Shown here piece by piece: positions 23,282-32,642 of a stretch of 58,052 nucleotides of DNA (position 1 is its first letter; each line of letters opens with the position of its first letter). The stretch is from a virus (Duplodnaviria; Caudoviricetes), in IMG/VR virus record IMGVR_UViG_3300009503_000396, positions 1 through 58,052 of that record; one strand, written 5' to 3'. The notes below the pieces were generated by a model. That model saw only the letters and a list, made by a program, of their open reading frames with translations. It was not told the DNA's origin and ran no database searches. A program made the position numbers and the translations under genes.

Positions 23282-26110
23282 GTGACCTCAATGAAATTGG
23301 CAATGGTTGAACCAACTTATCTAAGTGCTAAAGTACCGAACAACAAATGGATGGAAGATATGACAGATGAAGAGAGACAAGTGAATCTGCCAGTAGCATA
23401 TCAACAATGGTTCAATTTATATTCCTTACTTACACAAGGAGCAACTGTCTACTTGGTACCACCAAAGCCACAGTATCAGGACCAATGTTATGATGGTGTG
23501 ACAGAGGTCTATACTAGAAGTGGTTGGAAGAAGTTTAAGGATGTCACTCTTGAAGATGAAATTTTAAGTCTAAACCCAAAGACATTGGAAATGGAATATG
23601 TTAGACCTATCAGAAAACAGGAATATCCTTATTCCGGCAAAATGTTTCATTTCATTGGCAAAGAAGTTGATTTAAGAGTTACAGAAGATCACAACATACT
23701 CTACCTTCACAGGGTTAAAGGACATCCAGATAAATACATCATTAGATTTGCAAAACCCTCAACATTACCAAAGAACTTAGGGTTTCCATCTAAAGGAGGC
23801 AACTTTACATTCTCAACCACTCCCAGTGAAATTGTTTTTGAGGAATATAGAGGAGAAAATGGACGAACATATCCAAAGAGAGTATTTAAAGCTGAAGACT
23901 GGTTCAGTTTTGTAGGATGGTATCTTTCAGAAGGATCTTCGGGTCAACATAACAAACATTACCATGTTTGCATATCACAAACAATCTATGCAGAAGAAAT
24001 CAAACAATTACTAGAACGAATGGATCTGCCATACTACTTTGATGGTAGAGATTTCGAAATTGCCGACAAAAGACTCTATGAATTCTTTAAACAATTTGGT
24101 AAAGCTGAAGAAAAATTTATTCCAAGAGAAATGCAGGATTCGATTTATCTTCCATATCTAATTGATAGTCTTTTGAAGGGAGATGGGAACAAAAGCAGAA
24201 CAGAATATTATACTAAAAGCAAACGCTTGGCCGATGACGTTCAAGCTGCTCTAATTAAATTAGGTTTCAGAGCAAACATCAGAAGAAATAAAGATGGAAG
24301 TTATGTGGTACATTTTTCCAAGAAGAATTCTTGGTGTCGAAACGTGATAGTTGAGGAAGTCCAAAATGAGATGGTCTATGATGTAACTCTGCCCAAGAAT
24401 CATATAATGCTAGTTAGAAGAAATGGTAAAGCAGTCTGGAGTGGAAACTGTTATGTTGTAAATGCAGGGATAGTTCTTCCACATCTACAGTTGTATCAAA
24501 ATAGAAATGTCTGTGTACTTAGCAAGTTCAAAGCTGAAGCTAGACCTGGAGAAGAATTAGAACTCAAGAAATTAGTTGAAGAACTAGGTTATGAAACATA
24601 TCAATGTCCATACTACTTTGAAGGTGAAGCTGAATGTTATGATGAGGAAACTGAAATTTTAACAGAGAAAGGTTGGAAATTCTTTAAGGATTTGGATGCA
24701 ACAGACCTAGTGATGACTTATGATCCCATTTCCAAGACTTTATATTTCCAGAAACCAATTGCTTACCAAAAATACTTTTTCGATGGTGAGTTAATTCGGT
24801 TGAAAAATAGATATATTGATGCTCTTGTTACTCCAGACCACAATGTATTTTTGAAGACTACAACAGGTAACCTTATGTTTGCAAAGGCATCTGTTCTACC
24901 AAAGAACTTTTATCTTATCATAACAGGTGTTTGGAAACCTCACAGAGAAGTTCGTGAAATAATTCCTGAATTTCTTAGAGATAAAATTTCTATAGAGACT
25001 TGGCTTAAGTTTTTAGGATGGTATCTTTCTGAAGGATATGTTAATTTCAACGAAGAAGCAGGCAACTATCAAATTTGGATCTGTCAAAATAGGAAAGCCC
25101 ATCCAGAAAAATATCAAGAAATAGAAGAACTTCTAAAGAACATGGGCTTTTCTGTTTCTCATGGAGAGAATGGTTTAATTGTTTACTCGAAAGAGTTAGC
25201 CCAGTACCTTAAACAGTTTGGTCAAGCTAATTCAAAGTTTATTCCTCAAGAAATCAAGCAACTTGATCCTTCTCTTCTAAGAATTCTGATCGATGCAATG
25301 ATGAAAGGAGATGGACATAATAGTAAGAAGTCAAAATATTATTCTACTTCATCAAAACAATTAGCCGATGATTTCCAAGAAATCTGTTTGAAATGTGGGA
25401 TCCCAGCATTTATAGGCTTTCAGTACAAAACTCTTAATGGGAAGACATTCTTAACTTACAGAGTTTATATCAGAAAAGCTAAACAAGAAACTGTTTTTCA
25501 CCAGTTTATTCCTGAAAAAGTCAGATATAAAGGATTTGTATACGATGTAACTGTTCCTGAAAATCATATTCTTTTAGTCAGAAGACATGGAAAGCCCTTC
25601 CTTAGTGGAAACTGTAAATGGCTTAATGAAAATGTCTACATTGGTGGGTATGGCATAAGGACTTCCAAGAGAGCCCATGCATGGTTGGAAGAACAGTTTG
25701 GGTGTAAGATAATTCCAGTTGAGACAGATGAGTGGTTGTATCACTTAGACTGCTTAGTATTTCCTATCAGCAATGACTACTGTATTATTTGTGAAGATAT
25801 ACCTCAAGACACTAAGGATCAGATAAAGAAGTATACAAATGTCATTGAAGTACCATACGACAACTGTCTTGAAGGAATAACTAACAGTTTTAGACTTAAT
25901 AGTTATGTCTTGAACGCTGATGTCTCAAAGAGTGTAACTGGAATGCAAGCACTGAAACAAATCAAGTCTGAACAACAGAAACTTACAGAGATATGTGCAG
26001 ATTTGGGTTTGACACCAGTATTCATTGACTTGTCAGAGTTCCTCAAGTCAGGAGCACTCCTCTCTTGCATGATACTTCATTTAACATGGGAGGAGTGTTG
26101 GTTAGGTTGA
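23282..26110 (+). CDS. amidinotransferase/guanidino-modifying (pentein) enzyme interrupted by two inteins
   Basis: Spliced exteins give A..QW..L, DQ-CYVVNAG, R.GE, FEGEAE, GxRT, YHLDC, EFLKSGALLSCM.LHL. Confidence 0.85.
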   Translation: MTSMKLAMVEPTYLSAKVPNNKWMEDMTDEERQVNLPVAYQQWFNLYSLLTQGATVYLVPPKPQYQDQCYDGVTEVYTRSGWKKFKDVTLEDEILSLNPKTLEMEYVRPIRKQEYPYSGKMFHFIGKEVDLRVTEDHNILYLHRVKGHPDKYIIRFAKPSTLPKNLGFPSKGGNFTFSTTPSEIVFEEYRGENGRTYPKRVFKAEDWFSFVGWYLSEGSSGQHNKHYHVCISQTIYAEEIKQLLERMDLPYYFDGRDFEIADKRLYEFFKQFGKAEEKFIPREMQDSIYLPYLIDSLLKGDGNKSRTEYYTKSKRLADDVQAALIKLGFRANIRRNKDGSYVVHFSKKNSWCRNVIVEEVQNEMVYDVTLPKNHIMLVRRNGKAVWSGNCYVVNAGIVLPHLQLYQNRNVCVLSKFKAEARPGEELELKKLVEELGYETYQCPYYFEGEAECYDEETEILTEKGWKFFKDLDATDLVMTYDPISKTLYFQKPIAYQKYFFDGELIRLKNRYIDALVTPDHNVFLKTTTGNLMFAKASVLPKNFYLIITGVWKPHREVREIIPEFLRDKISIETWLKFLGWYLSEGYVNFNEEAGNYQIWICQNRKAHPEKYQEIEELLKNMGFSVSHGENGLIVYSKELAQYLKQFGQANSKFIPQEIKQLDPSLLRILIDAMMKGDGHNSKKSKYYSTSSKQLADDFQEICLKCGIPAFIGFQYKTLNGKTFLTYRVYIRKAKQETVFHQFIPEKVRYKGFVYDVTVPENHILLVRRHGKPFLSGNCKWLNENVYIGGYGIRTSKRAHAWLEEQFGCKIIPVETDEWLYHLDCLVFPISNDYCIICEDIPQDTKDQIKKYTNVIEVPYDNCLEGITNSFRLNSYVLNADVSKSVTGMQALKQIKSEQQKLTEICADLGLTPVFIDLSEFLKSGALLSCMILHLTWEECWLG
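23486..24448 (+). mobile_element. intein with LAGLIDADG homing endonuclease (321 aa)
   Basis: Starts CYDGVTEVYTRSG; VTEDH; GWYLSEG; LLKGDG; ends VYDVT...WSGN before Cys. Confidence 0.92.
24635..25612 (+). mobile_element. intein with LAGLIDADG homing endonuclease (326 aa)
   Basis: Starts CYDEETEILTEKG; VTPDH; LGWYLSEG; MMKGDG; ends LSGN before Cys. Confidence 0.92.
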
Positions 26111-26883
26111 TGCATCTAAAAGACTGGTTGGCATCAGAAGAAGTCCAACGAATAAGGAGAATGAGTTGGAAAGATATTCTTGAGAAAGAGTTCAATAGAA
26201 ATCCAATTAGACCTATCAAGTATTCTCCCACTGCCTTTTATGCTCCAAATGATGGTGTAGTGCTACACACGAAAGTGGTTAAGTCGGATGAAGAATACAT
26301 CAATGTGAAAGGAAGGAAACTTACAGTACAAGACCTTCTTCAAGACAAGAAGTACAACGAAGAAAGTCTTGTGATTGGTATCTTCTTGACTGTATATGAC
26401 ATGCACTATTCAAGAATGCCAACAGATGCTATCATCAGATGCACATGGAAAGAAGTAGAAGGTATCTCTTCAGGAATGTTCAATCTAGAGAGACTAATTA
26501 TTGGAAAAGGAACTATTGATGTCAATCTTGAAGACTATTTGTTTAGCAATGAAAGATGGGTCTTTGAATGTGCTAACTTGAGACATGACTTCAAGTACTA
26601 CATAGTACAAGTGGCAGATGTGGATGTAAACATCATATTGCCCTATATCAAAGACAAATGGACATTCAAGAGACAAGGAGAGACATTCAGTTTTGTGACT
26701 TATGGTAGTCATACAGAGATTATAATTCCTATTAAGTATGCTCCTAAACTCTTAATACCACAAGACGATATCTACCATGTAAGTACATCGGATGTACTGG
26801 TAGAGTTCGGAGGGAAGGAAGGTGCACAAGCACAAAGTGTCAGAAACAAAGACAAGAAGTCTTCTAAAAGCTGTAACAGCTAG
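26110..26883 (+). CDS. phosphatidylserine-decarboxylase-like pyruvoyl enzyme
   Basis: F.R.P.R, APNDG.V, IGIFL..YD.H..R.P, NER, VQVA, G..F..V.YGS (self-cleavage motif). Confidence 0.8.
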   Translation: MHLKDWLASEEVQRIRRMSWKDILEKEFNRNPIRPIKYSPTAFYAPNDGVVLHTKVVKSDEEYINVKGRKLTVQDLLQDKKYNEESLVIGIFLTVYDMHYSRMPTDAIIRCTWKEVEGISSGMFNLERLIIGKGTIDVNLEDYLFSNERWVFECANLRHDFKYYIVQVADVDVNIILPYIKDKWTFKRQGETFSFVTYGSHTEIIIPIKYAPKLLIPQDDIYHVSTSDVLVEFGGKEGAQAQSVRNKDKKSSKSCNS

Positions 26884-27094
26884 AGTATTGGAAGTTTTTG
26901 TAGATACACTGTTGCTAGGAACTATCTATTCATTCTTTGGCATTCATTCTCCTTACGAACTAGCTTTAGGTCTTTCTCTGTTGATAGAGTTCTTATGTGC
27001 TGTTGCAACATATATTAATGAGAGATTGTGGAATAAAATACAATGGGGCAGAGAAGTAGAGGATGTCTATGAAGACAGAACCAAAGACTCTTGA
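26822..27094 (+). CDS. DUF2061-family membrane protein
   Basis: ETxxRSLLKAVTxR...Y.NERLWNKI.WG. Confidence 0.75.
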   Translation: MHKHKVSETKTRSLLKAVTARVLEVFVDTLLLGTIYSFFGIHSPYELALGLSLLIEFLCAVATYINERLWNKIQWGREVEDVYEDRTKDS

Positions 27095-27419
27095 GATGTC
27101 TTGCTACTATCAGAAGCATCATAAAGTCTTGCATTGTCCTTACTGTGGTTACAAGATGGAGTTCATAGTCTTCTATTCTTATGATAGCTCTTTGAAATTT
27201 TGGCACTGTCCAGAATGTGATTTGTACATTAATGATAGAACAGACTTTGATGAACACAGTCTTATAGATGCACGTAAGTATCATAGGAGACAGCTGAAAA
27301 GTGCAGTGGAACGTTTAGAACGAGAACTAGCAGAGAAGAAAAGACAGTATTCTCTGTATGGTAAGTACATGACACCGAAACAGAAGGTGAAGCTACTTGC
27401 GGAAGAACTCGAACGTTAA
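27063..27419 (+). CDS. zinc-ribbon plus coiled-coil protein
   Basis: CPYCG...WHCPEC; ends LLAEELER. Confidence 0.6.
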   Translation: MSMKTEPKTLEMSCYYQKHHKVLHCPYCGYKMEFIVFYSYDSSLKFWHCPECDLYINDRTDFDEHSLIDARKYHRRQLKSAVERLERELAEKKRQYSLYGKYMTPKQKVKLLAEELER

Positions 27420-27531
27420 CATTATTTCTATTCGTATTTCTTCAATGCTTATTCTTTCTCGGTGGTTTGAAGAAATGGAAACATTTAGAAGAGGAGTTGG
27501 CAGTACTTGAACTAGCAAGGAAGTTGGAGAA

Positions 27532-28158
27532 ATGAGAAAAGTAAAAGTACAGACTGAAGAGGTCAGCTATCCTTGCCCACGATGTGGCAACTTTGAGAAA
27601 CCGTATATGTATTCGAAAGATGGCTATGCTTACATGCTCTGTTCTAAATGCCATACTCAGTACAAGACATCTACAGCAGTCAGTGCCAATTTCCGAAAGT
27701 TCTGTTCGAAAGTAGGGAGTAAGCCTAATCGTAGTCCCACATACTACACATCATCTGAAGAGAAAGTACGGAGATTCTTGCTACGAAGAGGATTGTTAGA
27801 AGGACTAGACTTCTTCCACAATGCTCGTATTGGTCCATTTGTGAATGGGAGCAAGAGAAAAGTCTACTATTGGATAGATTTTGTTGTACCTTCTAAAAGA
27901 TTACTTATTGAATGTAGTCCAAGCATTTGGCACAAGATGTGGAATCGTGAAGAAGCGGACAAACGTAAGAATCAATTAGTGGAACAGCTTGGTTGGACAA
28001 TAATTCATCTTGATGAGAAAGAACTTAATCAACTAAACAAGAAGAGGAAGAAATCAAAGTATCCGAAGACTGACAATGTGAAGAAACTCTATCAATTGTT
28101 TGGCTGTACAGAAGAGTATGAAGTAACAGATGAAAGAAATCGAGAAAAAGGTCAATAA
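27532..28158 (+). CDS. zinc ribbon plus DUF559/Vsr-like PD-(D/E)xK endonuclease
   Basis: CPRC..CSKC; SSEEKV..L, YWIDF......IEC...WH, D..KN..L...GWTII. Confidence 0.7.
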   Translation: MRKVKVQTEEVSYPCPRCGNFEKPYMYSKDGYAYMLCSKCHTQYKTSTAVSANFRKFCSKVGSKPNRSPTYYTSSEEKVRRFLLRRGLLEGLDFFHNARIGPFVNGSKRKVYYWIDFVVPSKRLLIECSPSIWHKMWNREEADKRKNQLVEQLGWTIIHLDEKELNQLNKKRKKSKYPKTDNVKKLYQLFGCTEEYEVTDERNREKGQ

Positions 28159-28170
28159 CTTATAACAGAA

Positions 28171-28428
28171 GTGAGAACTATGCTGGCACTAACTATTGGC
28201 TATCTAGGAATGGGTGCAGTACTCTTTGGTCTTTACTTAAGTAGAGAACATTACAAGCTATCACAAGTATCTTCCTTCATAGGAGGTGCCTCTTTAACAA
28301 CAAGTGCCACACTTACAGGCTCAGTTGGAAATCCATTTCAAGTTCTAAATATTATCTACTCTTTGATAGCTGTCTACAATCTCGTCAAATTAAGAGGGAA
28401 GAAACATGCTAGAAAGAAAATGCCCTGA
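28171..28428 (+). CDS. small membrane protein
   Basis: Three hydrophobic segments. Confidence 0.55.
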   Translation: MRTMLALTIGYLGMGAVLFGLYLSREHYKLSQVSSFIGGASLTTSATLTGSVGNPFQVLNIIYSLIAVYNLVKLRGKKHARKKMP

Positions 28429-28543
28429 TTGTGGTTCCACAGATGTTAAAGTCTTAACACTTCCACTCAACGAGGAAGAAGAGTTCATCTACTGTAACAC
28501 ATGCAAGAAGGTAAACGTGGTCACAAAGGTGAAGATAAAGTGA
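28406..28543 (+). CDS. small zinc-ribbon protein (45 aa)
   Basis: Manual translation MLERKCPDCGSTDV...IYCNTCKK. Confidence 0.6.
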   Translation: MLERKCPDCGSTDVKVLTLPLNEEEEFIYCNTCKKVNVVTKVKIK

Positions 28544-28830
28544 ACAAACTTGGAAAACCAAAGAAATGTCCCTTCTGTAATCCCAGTTATGCCTTTAGAA
28601 CATTTGGTGGATTGGTCAGACATGTTCAGTTCAATCACTTGTATGACGTTAGAAAGAAATGGTGCTTAGTACCTATAGATGCCAAGTATCTTGGTATAGA
28701 GACACCATCTGGCATTAGATATATTGACATCAAAGGATGGGATGAAGTGGAAGAGTTTCTTGAAGACTATGTGCAAGACTTCAACAATCCAAGTAGACTC
28801 TCTTCGAGGTTATGGAAATATGTCAAATGA
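28540..28830 (+). CDS. C2H2 zinc-finger protein
   Basis: CPFC....F.....L.RHV...H. Confidence 0.65.
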   Translation: MNKLGKPKKCPFCNPSYAFRTFGGLVRHVQFNHLYDVRKKWCLVPIDAKYLGIETPSGIRYIDIKGWDEVEEFLEDYVQDFNNPSRLSSRLWKYVK

Positions 28831-29200
28831 AGACTGGGAGAAAGAGTGGAGAGAACAAGAGAAGTTAGGAGAGAAGTATGCTGACCTATTGTATGAACTC
28901 AACAAAGCCTTTAGACAAGAACTAAGGAAGTTAGCGAAAGGTAGAAAGAATGTTGTACCAACCAAGTATGTTCTACCAAAGAACTATCTTGTAAGACTAA
29001 TGGAAGAACCGATGTTCAGAAGAGCATGTCAGCACAAAGTGGCATGGATATATGTTAAGAGAGAAGATCAGACAGAAGGGTATTGGCACAAGGTACAACT
29101 TTATCCGAATATCGGTGGAGTACCAGTAGAGGCAGGGAAAGAACTAAGAGTTGAAATCACTAAAATGCCACAACGGAGGAGATTGAAATGCAAGAAATAG
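28820..29200 (+). CDS. hypothetical protein
   Basis: ORF in array. Confidence 0.55.
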   Translation: MSNEDWEKEWREQEKLGEKYADLLYELNKAFRQELRKLAKGRKNVVPTKYVLPKNYLVRLMEEPMFRRACQHKVAWIYVKREDQTEGYWHKVQLYPNIGGVPVEAGKELRVEITKMPQRRRLKCKK

Positions 29201-29736
29201 ATTTGGACACAATACTCAGGCCAAGAAGACTAAGTTCTGGAGCAGTGTATGAACTCTTGAAGAAGCAAGAAATTCACGTCTACTTAGCTGGTCCAATCTC
29301 TTTTGCTGAAGACTTGCAAGACTATCGTAGACAGCTACGAGAGGGACTCTTGAAGATAAGTCCAAAGTTTAAGATACATGACCCCTGGGAAAGGGAACAA
29401 GCATTGGGACCCATCAATTCAAACCATCTGAGTTATGAGGAGAAGAAAGCAGTTGCTGAAGAGGTAATCACAGCAGACTTGAAAGATATTGCTTCTTGTG
29501 ACATGTTGTTAGCTTACATATTTAGAATAGGAGTTGGCTCGTCTATGGAGATCTTCTTTGCTTCACGTGTTCTTGGGAAACCAGTCATAGTTGTCTACAG
29601 CCCAGAAGATGAGACAGAGGCTAATGTGCCTCTCTGGTTGATTGGACATGCTAATCTAATATTCCGTTCAAAGAAAGGTTTGTACTCATGGTTAAGAAAA
29701 GCATTGGAGGATGTAGAAAATGGAAACAGAACCTGA
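29188..29736 (+). CDS. nucleoside 2-deoxyribosyltransferase/dNMP N-glycosidase family
   Basis: VYLAGPI, DL..I..CD..LA, GSSMEI..A...GKPV. Confidence 0.85.
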   Translation: MQEIDLDTILRPRRLSSGAVYELLKKQEIHVYLAGPISFAEDLQDYRRQLREGLLKISPKFKIHDPWEREQALGPINSNHLSYEEKKAVAEEVITADLKDIASCDMLLAYIFRIGVGSSMEIFFASRVLGKPVIVVYSPEDETEANVPLWLIGHANLIFRSKKGLYSWLRKALEDVENGNRT

Positions 29737-30316
29737 AGAACCAGATGGCGAACCCCTTCAATTCGTTGAGAAAGTGGAAAGAAGAGTAGATGACATTGTA
29801 GAATATGAACTTCTAAAACACAACACTATCGTATTACATGGTGAATTGACAGAAGAACTTTGCAATAGAGTGAGCAAACAGTTACTCTTCTTGGCACTGA
29901 AAGGGACTAAAAAGATTAACATTATTCTCAACTCTGTTGGTGGAGAAGTCTATCATGGTCTTCTTGTGTTCAACACACTAGAGGATCTGAAACAACGTGG
30001 TATACAGGTAACGATAGAAGCAAGAGGACTTTGTGCTAGTATGGGAGTTCTTATTCTCATGGGTGCTACAAAGCGAGTAGCTGCAAAGTACACTCGTTTT
30101 CTGTTACATGAGACATCCTCATTCACTTATGGGAAAGTCTCTGAGATGAAGGAAGGAGTACAAGAACTTGAACGTCTAAATGCTATGTTGGATGAGATAA
30201 TCATAGAACGTACGAAGATAAGTAAGAAAGTGTTGGAAGAAAAGACACGCAAAAGAGAATGGTGGCTGAGTGCAGAAGAAGCACTGAAGTATGGCATTAT
30301 CCATGAGATAAAGTAA
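29720..30316 (+). CDS. clpP: ClpP-family protease
   Basis: LNSVGGEV, GLCASMG, FLLHE, WWLSAEEALKYGI. Confidence 0.9.
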   Translation: METEPEEPDGEPLQFVEKVERRVDDIVEYELLKHNTIVLHGELTEELCNRVSKQLLFLALKGTKKINIILNSVGGEVYHGLLVFNTLEDLKQRGIQVTIEARGLCASMGVLILMGATKRVAAKYTRFLLHETSSFTYGKVSEMKEGVQELERLNAMLDEIIIERTKISKKVLEEKTRKREWWLSAEEALKYGIIHEIK

Positions 30317-30320
30317 AAAG

Positions 30321-30328
30321 TTTATATT
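30321..30328 (+). promoter_or_regulatory. putative TATA box
   Basis: AAAAAG-TTTATATT upstream of SD GGAGG. Confidence 0.45.
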
Positions 30329-30361
30329 GTCCTACATTAATGAAAGAAAAGGAGGTTGTGT

Positions 30362-32371
30362 ATGGAAATAAGATCTGGTGTTGTACTGGATGCGAAAGAA
30401 TCTGAGATTCCTGTGATTGTTCTGGAAAAGAAGAAAGGAACAGACTATGGAGAAATCTGTTTCATGGGCGACTGGCACTTAGGTTGTCAACCAGCTAATT
30501 CCTTAGTAGGTCTGGGTACAAGAATACAAGATGTGAGAGTTGGTGACTATGTAGGACAAGGACAAGTTCTAAAGACTTACAAGAGAGAGCCAAAGGAAGG
30601 AGAAAAACTTTATACATTGTTCATTACTGGGCTTCTTCCACTTAAGTTCACTGGGAATCATCCACTTCTAATAGCAAGAGGGAGAGGAAAGGCAAAACAT
30701 GGAGGAGTCTACATTAAGCCTGAGATAGAGAATTTTGCATTTGTCAGAACTGAAGATGCCAAAGTTGGTGACTGGGTTCTTCTTCCCAAGCTCCCTGAAG
30801 AACAGATGAAGATCTACCTACGACCTCAAAGGACTTGGCACAACCATACAGAGCTTACAGTTGACGAAGAAATAGCTAGATTCCTTGGATTTTATGTTGC
30901 TGATGGATATGTACATCGAAGCAGCATAGTTCTTTGTTTCAATCCTAAGAAGGATGGTAAGTTAATCAACAAATATAGAACAATTATAGAGAAAAGATTT
31001 GGACGGAAATGTACACTTGACAAGAGAGGACAACTAAGTTTCTCTTTTAAAGCATTGGCTGAATATCTCAAGAATCTAGGCAAGGTGAGGACAAAACGTG
31101 TTCCTCTGGAGATCCTTTATTCTCCTCGGCACATTGTTGAAACATTCTTAGAAGGATACATTGACGGGGATGGTTGGAAAGTTAGAAATGAATACAGAGC
31201 CACAACTGTTTCTGAAGTGCTAGCATATCAACTAAGTCTTCTTTCACCTAAAATTGAAAAGCTAATCACTATCCAGGCCTATGAACCTAAGAGACATATA
31301 TGGCCTAATGGCAAAATGTATCGTGAACACAAATGTTATCACATTTCTATCCCAATTGAGAGAAAGAAACAACGATACGGAGTCCTGAAAGAAGGACTAA
31401 CATTACGTATCGAAGATATCTTCGTGGAACCGCTGAGAGAGCCTGTGTATAACTTAACTACAACTTCCAATACGTACTATGCTCCAATTATAGTTCACAA
31501 TTCAGGTAATTTCTCTCTTGGACAATACATAGAGTACTTAGCTTATCTACTAGAACATCCTGAAATAAAAGTAGTTCTGATGGGAGACTTGATAGAAATG
31601 GGTGCATTGAGTCCTTATGGTGCTTCAGAAGAGAAAGTAGGCTCAATGCAGTTACTTGATGTTATCAGATTGTTAGAACCAATCAAAGACAGAATAATAG
31701 TCATGTTAGAAGGAAACCATGAAGAGCGTTTCTGGAGAGCAACAAAAGGGACAGATACAGTAACCAAGTCTGTTGCAGATGCTCTGAAAATACACCCTCT
31801 CTTACCAGGTCCAGAGAGAGGACAACTCTTCATGGTCAAAGTAGGAGAACAAGTATATTCTGTTTATGCTATTCATGGATCAACTGGTGCAACTATTTAC
31901 AAGGCAACACAATTAAGCAAAGTCTTTGCTAATATCCACACATCTCTAGCTGTACACGGACACAATCATCAGATATTCAAAGATCACAGAACATACTATG
32001 GAGTACGAGAGATAAAAGGAAAGTACTATCTAACAGTGCATGAACAGTATTGGTTGACAACTGGATGCTTTGTGAAGAACTTAGGGTATGCAGAGAAAGG
32101 AGCAATGCCAGTGACGAAGATAGGAGCACCATTTGTCAGATTCTATGCAAATCGTGAAGCTATTGAGATTATTGATGATCCAAGAATAACCTATGGAATA
32201 GGAACTGGGTCAAAGAAGATAGACTTGAAGAAGATAGGTTTGAAAGGGTTAGACTTGGAAAAGTACGAAGAACTGAGAGGATTTGGTGGCACACAAGTCT
32301 TGAAGAAAGGACGATGGGTGGAAACTGAGATATGTCCTTCTGTAGAATTGGATACGAAAGAGGAAGCTTAG
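30362..32371 (+). CDS. calcineurin-like metallophosphoesterase with intein
   Basis: GDWHLG | S, MGDLIE, GNHE, IHG, GHNH. Confidence 0.9.
   Translation: MEIRSGVVLDAKESEIPVIVLEKKKGTDYGEICFMGDWHLGCQPANSLVGLGTRIQDVRVGDYVGQGQVLKTYKREPKEGEKLYTLFITGLLPLKFTGNHPLLIARGRGKAKHGGVYIKPEIENFAFVRTEDAKVGDWVLLPKLPEEQMKIYLRPQRTWHNHTELTVDEEIARFLGFYVADGYVHRSSIVLCFNPKKDGKLINKYRTIIEKRFGRKCTLDKRGQLSFSFKALAEYLKNLGKVRTKRVPLEILYSPRHIVETFLEGYIDGDGWKVRNEYRATTVSEVLAYQLSLLSPKIEKLITIQAYEPKRHIWPNGKMYREHKCYHISIPIERKKQRYGVLKEGLTLRIEDIFVEPLREPVYNLTTTSNTYYAPIIVHNSGNFSLGQYIEYLAYLLEHPEIKVVLMGDLIEMGALSPYGASEEKVGSMQLLDVIRLLEPIKDRIIVMLEGNHEERFWRATKGTDTVTKSVADALKIHPLLPGPERGQLFMVKVGEQVYSVYAIHGSTGATIYKATQLSKVFANIHTSLAVHGHNHQIFKDHRTYYGVREIKGKYYLTVHEQYWLTTGCFVKNLGYAEKGAMPVTKIGAPFVRFYANREAIEIIDDPRITYGIGTGSKKIDLKKIGLKGLDLEKYEELRGFGGTQVLKKGRWVETEICPSVELDTKEEA
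30485..31501 (+). mobile_element. intein with LAGLIDADG homing endonuclease (339 aa)
   Basis: Starts CQPANSLV; FTGNHP; LGFYVADG; FLEGYIDGDG; ends VYNL...IVHN before Ser. Confidence 0.92.
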
Positions 32372-32640
32372 TTATTGGCAGATATGACAAAGAAGGTTAC
32401 GTCAAGATACCAGTACAGTACAGGAAATACTTTATCAATAAAAGAGTCAAACTACTATTTGATCCAGAGAAGAATTTGTTGGCATTGAAACCAAGTGATG
32501 ATCCAAATGACTTTCCGACAAGTTATTGGCGTGTATGGTGTTCTGCATTCATAAGAAGTTATGACATACCTGCTCAAAAAGTCCCAGTTGTTTGGGATGA
32601 GAAGAACAAGTATTTGATAGCAAGGATTAAGAGGCAGTAG
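32332..32640 (+). CDS. AbrB/SpoVT-like swapped-hairpin protein (start uncertain)
   Basis: RYDKEGYVKIPVQYRK...V.L..D....L.LKP. Confidence 0.5.
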   Translation: MSFCRIGYERGSLVIGRYDKEGYVKIPVQYRKYFINKRVKLLFDPEKNLLALKPSDDPNDFPTSYWRVWCSAFIRSYDIPAQKVPVVWDEKNKYLIARIKRQ

Positions 32641-32642
32641 TT

